DNA of 64,000 bases from Methanobacteriota archaeon (GTDB lineage: Archaea; Halobacteriota; Bog-38; Methanoflorentales; Methanoflorentaceae), in the NCBI GenBank assembly GCA_963720465.1, contig OY970393.1:288001-352000 (forward strand), read 5' to 3'. This document shows, in pieces, positions 59,680-64,000 of the stretch; position 1 is the first letter of the stretch; each line of letters starts with the position of its first letter. Made by a program: the position numbers and the translations under genes. The notes under the pieces were generated by a model. That model was not told where the DNA came from, made no database searches, and saw only the letters and a program-made list of their open reading frames with translations.

Positions 59680-60696
59680 ATGGCCGAAAACAAACAACAA
59701 CATTTTGTGGCCAAATCATATCTGAAAAGTTTTTGTCTGCAAAATACGGAATCACTCTATCGCTTCGATCTAGTAGCTAGCAAATCGAAAAAGCGAAATA
59801 TCGAGAAGATTTTTCGAGAACCTTATTTCTATGCCGATGGCTCGGTGGCCCCGATATTCGAGCTTGCATTATCTGCATTAGAGGATAAGCACGGTCAAAC
59901 CATTCAACAAATTTTGAAGACGCAAACACTCACAATCACCTCGCTTAAGGATTTCATGTACCTGCATCTTTTAGTTCTCATTACAAAAACGCGAACAAAA
60001 GCATCAAGAGAAGAGATAGAGGATATGGCTCGTTCTTCCTTAATTAGAAAACTTCCCTATCTAGCTGAGTCTGAAATGGCTAGAGAAGCTCTTAATAAGT
60101 TCATCGAGCAAAAATCGCCGCATTTAGATGTCTTGAAATTCGTGTCTAAGCATTCATATGCGGTCACTGATTTGGCGCCCACGCTATTAATCAATAAGAC
60201 AGATCCCTTTACGCCCTTCATTACGTCTGATTCTCCGGTGATCTTTCACAACCTAATCGACGGAGATTTGACGGGTCTTATTTGCAAGGGCTTAATCATA
60301 GTTCTGCCGCTTAATGAAAAAGTTGCTCTCTGTCTATTTGACATTTATAGATATAAACCAAAGAACGTAATAAACAACAACATTGTAGTATCAGATAACA
60401 AAGATGTTAATACGCTGAATCGACTGCATATAATAAACGCAGCAGGATTTCTCATTTTTTCAAAGCAGCAGTATCACGACTATGTTTTGTCGCTTCAAAC
60501 AGACCTGTTATGGAACCCGCTTAACAAACCTAATTCCTTGAAATTGTCATTTTTTGAAATATACAATGAGGATTCTTTTCGCGGAGATAGACTCTTTGAG
60601 CCGAGAAATGGAGAGATAGCTGCTTCTTTGAACGAGGCGATTAAAGAGATACGCAAAGAAGTTACGTCATTGCCGAGTGATCGCGCGAGAACCTAA
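59680..60696 (+). CDS. DUF4238-family protein
   Basis: KQQHFV..SYL..F, FY, FITSDSPV, LPL. Confidence 0.85.
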   Translation: MAENKQQHFVAKSYLKSFCLQNTESLYRFDLVASKSKKRNIEKIFREPYFYADGSVAPIFELALSALEDKHGQTIQQILKTQTLTITSLKDFMYLHLLVLITKTRTKASREEIEDMARSSLIRKLPYLAESEMAREALNKFIEQKSPHLDVLKFVSKHSYAVTDLAPTLLINKTDPFTPFITSDSPVIFHNLIDGDLTGLICKGLIIVLPLNEKVALCLFDIYRYKPKNVINNNIVVSDNKDVNTLNRLHIINAAGFLIFSKQQYHDYVLSLQTDLLWNPLNKPNSLKLSFFEIYNEDSFRGDRLFEPRNGEIAASLNEAIKEIRKEVTSLPSDRART

Positions 60697-60699
60697 ATA

Positions 60700-61455
60700 C
60701 TACGGCAAAGCCTTAATTGCCTCTATCTTGAGTTTGTTTAAGTCTTTGTTGTGCCCTAATTCGTATTTCTTATCTGCCTCTTTCGAAATTTCGTACAGGG
60801 CATCTATGGCAACATTCACAGCCGCCACCGCATTAAAGTCGCCTTCTATTACTCCTGATGGCGACCAATGAGCGATCTGCGAGAACTCGTTATAGATTAC
60901 ATCATATTGGTCGCGAATCTGTCGCCGTAGCTTCGTGTCACTTATCCTGTTGATTAAATCGGAAAGCGACATCTTGCTAAAGGTCAAACTCTCTCTAGGG
61001 AGATAATTGAAGCCGAAATCTTTTTCCGCTCGGTCTACCATGTCTGCACCAAACTTGTGCTCAACCTTTTCATACAGCCATTTGTGTTTTGCGGCCAGCG
61101 AAACCGTGTTCGCTACTTTCTTTCCGTCTTCGTAAACCATAAACAAGCGCCATTTGTCGGCGATATCGTGATAGTCTCTGTAATACTCAAAGTTGATGAC
61201 CCCTTCGAGAATAGTTCTAGCTACAAGAATAGCTTCATGGTAGAACCCGTTTTCCGCCAGCAATTGAATGCTCTGGCTATATAAAATCGTGCGATGTAAG
61301 AAATGATAAACAAAGAAATTATTGTTTCTCTCTTTCTCGTTCGTCTCAACAGAGCATTTTGTTCGAAACTCTTTCTCAACAGCTTGCGCAAGAATGATAA
61401 AATCTTTAAGATGAGCTCTAAGAGCTGGCAAGTACATTGATTCATGTCTTGGCAT
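60700..61455 (-). CDS. DUF5677-like (HEPN-like helical) protein
   Basis: A.LVARTILE...N..Y and Y...Y..FSQIAH motifs. Confidence 0.7.
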   Translation of the reverse strand: MPRHESMYLPALRAHLKDFIILAQAVEKEFRTKCSVETNEKERNNNFFVYHFLHRTILYSQSIQLLAENGFYHEAILVARTILEGVINFEYYRDYHDIADKWRLFMVYEDGKKVANTVSLAAKHKWLYEKVEHKFGADMVDRAEKDFGFNYLPRESLTFSKMSLSDLINRISDTKLRRQIRDQYDVIYNEFSQIAHWSPSGVIEGDFNAVAAVNVAIDALYEISKEADKKYELGHNKDLNKLKIEAIKALP

Positions 61456-61602
61456 AATTTTGGAAGGAGAGAGCTTGTGTTATACTAACACGCTCAACTG
61501 ATTCGATAACGTTTGCGATTATGTTTTTGCTATCGATGACTCATAGGTTGCGATCCCGCTAATTTGGTTTATCGTGCCTCCCACCAATATCGTTCGCCTG
61601 TA

Positions 61603-62049
61603 TTAGACATCTTTATTGTCTAGTGCAGCGTAACGTGCTGCTCGCGCGCTAGCTAGCTTAAAATCTTCCGCTTGGAGTTCTTTCTTTTGTGCTTCTGTAA
61701 CAAACCATTGATGAGGCCACGTCATTCTGCTGTGAGCGTCTTTCGTTTCAATACGGATACCTCTCGACATAACCTCCCCATCCAGATCTGTTAAGAAAAC
61801 GAAGTATACGCCGTCTTTTGTTCTCCAAAATAATTCACATACTTCCTCTTTTGCATCTTCAAGCTTGCTCCTACCAGAATTCCACTGAGCGGAAGGGCTT
61901 AACGCTTTACTGATTAACCGTGTCTGGCGGTCTTCAAAATCAATTTCAATTCCATCAACACTAATCTTGTGGGGCTTAATTTTCGCTTTTTCTTTGTCTG
62001 CCTCTTCTTGCAATCGTTCCCGCTCTTTGCGTTCTTCGTCACTTATCAC
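61603..62049 (-). CDS. Hypothetical protein (148 aa)
   Basis: Clean ORF, GGAGG RBS before GTG. Confidence 0.55.
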   Translation of the reverse strand: MISDEERKERERLQEEADKEKAKIKPHKISVDGIEIDFEDRQTRLISKALSPSAQWNSGRSKLEDAKEEVCELFWRTKDGVYFVFLTDLDGEVMSRGIRIETKDAHSRMTWPHQWFVTEAQKKELQAEDFKLASARAARYAALDNKDV

Positions 62050-62335
62050 GTTTTTTTAGCCTCCGCGCATTAATGCACAAGAACGCGGCTTAAGCCTATG
62101 GGAACCGTTTGCGAGGCAGTTTTGAGGTCATAACTCCTTATGCGAGGGTTTGCTCTTTAAACAGAGCCGTTCACTGCATTTAAATCGAAAAAAAGAATAT
62201 GAGCGAGGAACTGTCGAACGGAGGCACTGGCGAGGCACCCTCTTCTCAGATGATACTTCGAGAGCTCGGTTCATAAACGAAGCTACACTACTTCTGTTTT
62301 GCTAACAGAAAACGATTTGTGCTCTTGACCAAAAA

Positions 62336-62779
62336 ATGCCCTTCTTGTGGGGTAATTCAACATTATCGAAAAAAGAATGGTATAAGAAGGCCCGTTGCTC
62401 GAAAAGCTCAGGCGGCGGCAGCGGCAACGCAGGGATAGCGGTCAAAGTCAACTCGCAACAAACAGCAAGCCAGATAGGGACCTACAGCACGCCAGCAGCA
62501 GGTAACGAGTTTATTATCTTCAACGTGACAGTCACCAACCTCAACCAAGACAATGAGCTACTCGGCAACCCGAACTTCTTTAAGCTCACCACAGCCGACG
62601 GCGCAGTATATCAATACAGTTCCTCGACATTCTCAGCCCCCAACGCCCTCCAAGGCGTGCAGAACACGAATGCAGGCGACAAAGTGTCAGGAGTCGTAGC
62701 GTTCGAGGTCCCGCAGGGTGCGATTGCCAAAACCCTAACATACAACGACGACATAAACGTAGTCGTGACTAATTTGTAA
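62336..62779 (+). CDS. DUF4352-family Ig-like surface protein, N-terminus probably lost
   Basis: P.AGNEF...NVTVTN, F.L...DG..Y, G.VAFEVP; no signal peptide in the ORF as it stands. Confidence 0.75.
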   Translation: MPFLWGNSTLSKKEWYKKARCSKSSGGGSGNAGIAVKVNSQQTASQIGTYSTPAAGNEFIIFNVTVTNLNQDNELLGNPNFFKLTTADGAVYQYSSSTFSAPNALQGVQNTNAGDKVSGVVAFEVPQGAIAKTLTYNDDINVVVTNL

Positions 62780-62901
62780 CGTTCCCTTTTCCTTTTTTTC
62801 TTTTAGCTACGCTATACCTTGGGATACGCAATTCCTAAGCTATGTGCCGACCGTCAGTGCGAGGCTTACATGCCGTCCTTCCTTGGTTTTGGCAGGTCTT
62901 G

Positions 62902-62935
62902 AACGGAGCCCGTCAGTCGAAGGAAATCGAAAAAA
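62902..62935 (+). repeat. AACGG-N10-TCGAAGGAAATCGAAAAAA motif
   Basis: Same as 63697-63730 and the reverse of 58400-58433. Confidence 0.75.
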
Positions 62936-62946
62936 GCGCTTCGTTG

Positions 62947-63543
62947 CTACAAACGACGACCTTTCTGCAGGTCAAATCTTGGTTGACTTTGATTCGCAGT
63001 TTGCGCTCTGAGCAACTTCTTTTTCTGCTCAGCGAATTCTTCATCCGTCAAGATGCCTTCGCTCTTCAGTTCTGCTAACTTCTTTAATTCATCTGCTACG
63101 TTGATTCCCGTCACTGTGGGTTGCTGTGCAGGCACAGGTGTATAAGAAGAGCTAGATGCTGCGTCCTGATGTTGATGCACTATTCCGATGATTTTATCAG
63201 CATTTTCTTTGAAGAGGCCGTCGATTACGAAGGAGCCATGAGTGCCCGTGCTTATATGAAGGGCTACGGTCGCAGTGAGTGTGTTCAGAAATCCCCTATT
63301 CTTTTTAATGCTGTTAATCTGCGCGTAGGGAAGCTCAGTTACATCTTTTAGCAATCCAAACAAGATTGGACGGTGTAGTATCAGTGCCCTCTTTGTGGCA
63401 TCAATCGAACTCAGTCCAAGTGAAATCAGTCCATACCACCACCATTGAGATACGGTGAGCAATACATCGCACTCTTTACAGGTTCCTATTTGCTCATCTA
63501 ATGGTGTGCCACAATTTCTACAGCGACGTGTTAGAAACGCCAT
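62947..63543 (-). CDS. Zinc-ribbon + bacterial PH-like + SHOCT protein
   Basis: CRNC/CKEC; PY.QI.SI; ADELKKLAELKSEGILTDEEFAEQKKKLL. Confidence 0.85.
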   Translation of the reverse strand: MAFLTRRCRNCGTPLDEQIGTCKECDVLLTVSQWWWYGLISLGLSSIDATKRALILHRPILFGLLKDVTELPYAQINSIKKNRGFLNTLTATVALHISTGTHGSFVIDGLFKENADKIIGIVHQHQDAASSSSYTPVPAQQPTVTGINVADELKKLAELKSEGILTDEEFAEQKKKLLRAQTANQSQPRFDLQKGRRL

Positions 63544-63696
63544 ACTACAACCTCCAAGCCCTCATACTCTTATAGAAGATGCTAATGTTAGCTTAAAGCG
63601 TTGTGGTTTTGCTGCCGAATCTCAATTCTGTTCAGTAGAGGCCAGGCGCGGGGTGGTTTTAGGTTGATCACTTCACACGTTCTGCTTCAGGTCTGC

Positions 63697-63730
63697 AACG
63701 GAACTCAAAAATCAAAGGAAATCGAAAAAA
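63697..63730 (+). repeat. AACGG-N10-TCAAAGGAAATCGAAAAAA motif
   Basis: Same as 62902-62935. Confidence 0.75.
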
Positions 63731-64000
63731 GAAGCAACTTTTTAGGGGCTGAGGTGGTGGCAAAGGGATACCCTAAGCAACGATAAAGGCAAAGCTCAAT
63801 CGTAAAAAGTGACAGGAAGTGCCCGTCTGTTATGGTGCTGAGTCTCAAATATCTCTGCGACGTTCCCAATTTCGTCTGCGTGGGTCTTTGGCAGCCTAAT
63901 AAGTGGCTAAACGACGCCCGCTTTGGCATTCAACTTGGTGACCTTTGATTTTCCAATGTGTTGCATAGAGCCCTCACCCCGCTTGACGAGACGTGCCCCC

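Larger units (their letters stand above)
59198..64000. mobile_element. Integrated element C on the 3' side of tRNA-Asp (far end outside window)
   Basis: int(N)-like ORF, visibly AT-richer cargo, same dispersed motif in mirrored orientation. Confidence 0.6.

Noticed and set aside
63740-64000. Possible further 149-aa gene or integrase remnant at the window end
   Set aside because: Only a short ggtggtggcaaa match to the dispersed repeat; no alignable peptide within the window.

Overview
Archaeal chromosomal window (Halobacteriota/Methanomicrobia-like gene set: aRF1, eIF6, L31e/L39e/S19e/LX, SRP54/FtsY, Taw1, intron-containing tRNAs, methanofuran mfnD/E/F-like genes, hem cluster, hypCAE). 1-10 kb and 22.7-38 kb are ordinary housekeeping DNA. 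There are two accessory regions. (1) 10.4-22.5 kb holds a patatin, a UbiA prenyltransferase, a methyltransferase and an array in which HTH-bearing TrmB-like regulators alternate with HTH-less effector-domain-only paralogs. It is flanked by two paralogous small Cys-rich proteins, and four promoters share a TCACGC-N4-TTA motif. (2) 38-64 kb is a composite island built around tRNA-Asp(GTC) at 59125-59197. The tRNA promoter plus 5' half recurs at 41.8 kb (110 bp identical) and, decayed, at 38.0 kb. Joining the ORF that runs into the tRNA (58740) to the sequence after the 41.9 kb half-site, at the anticodon loop, rebuilds one in-frame 489-codon tyrosine recombinase. This points to an SSV-type split integrase that targets the 5' half of a tRNA and carries the tRNA promoter inside its own coding sequence. 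Downstream of the integrase, five further copies of its 3' end each precede different cargo genes, resembling an integron cassette stack. A mirror-image stack uses an unknown 149-aa gene and an AACGG-N10-TCRAAGGAAATCGA motif. A related element appears to enter the same tRNA from the 3' side in the opposite orientation. All calls are by eye with no database searches, and some frameshifts may be sequencing errors.
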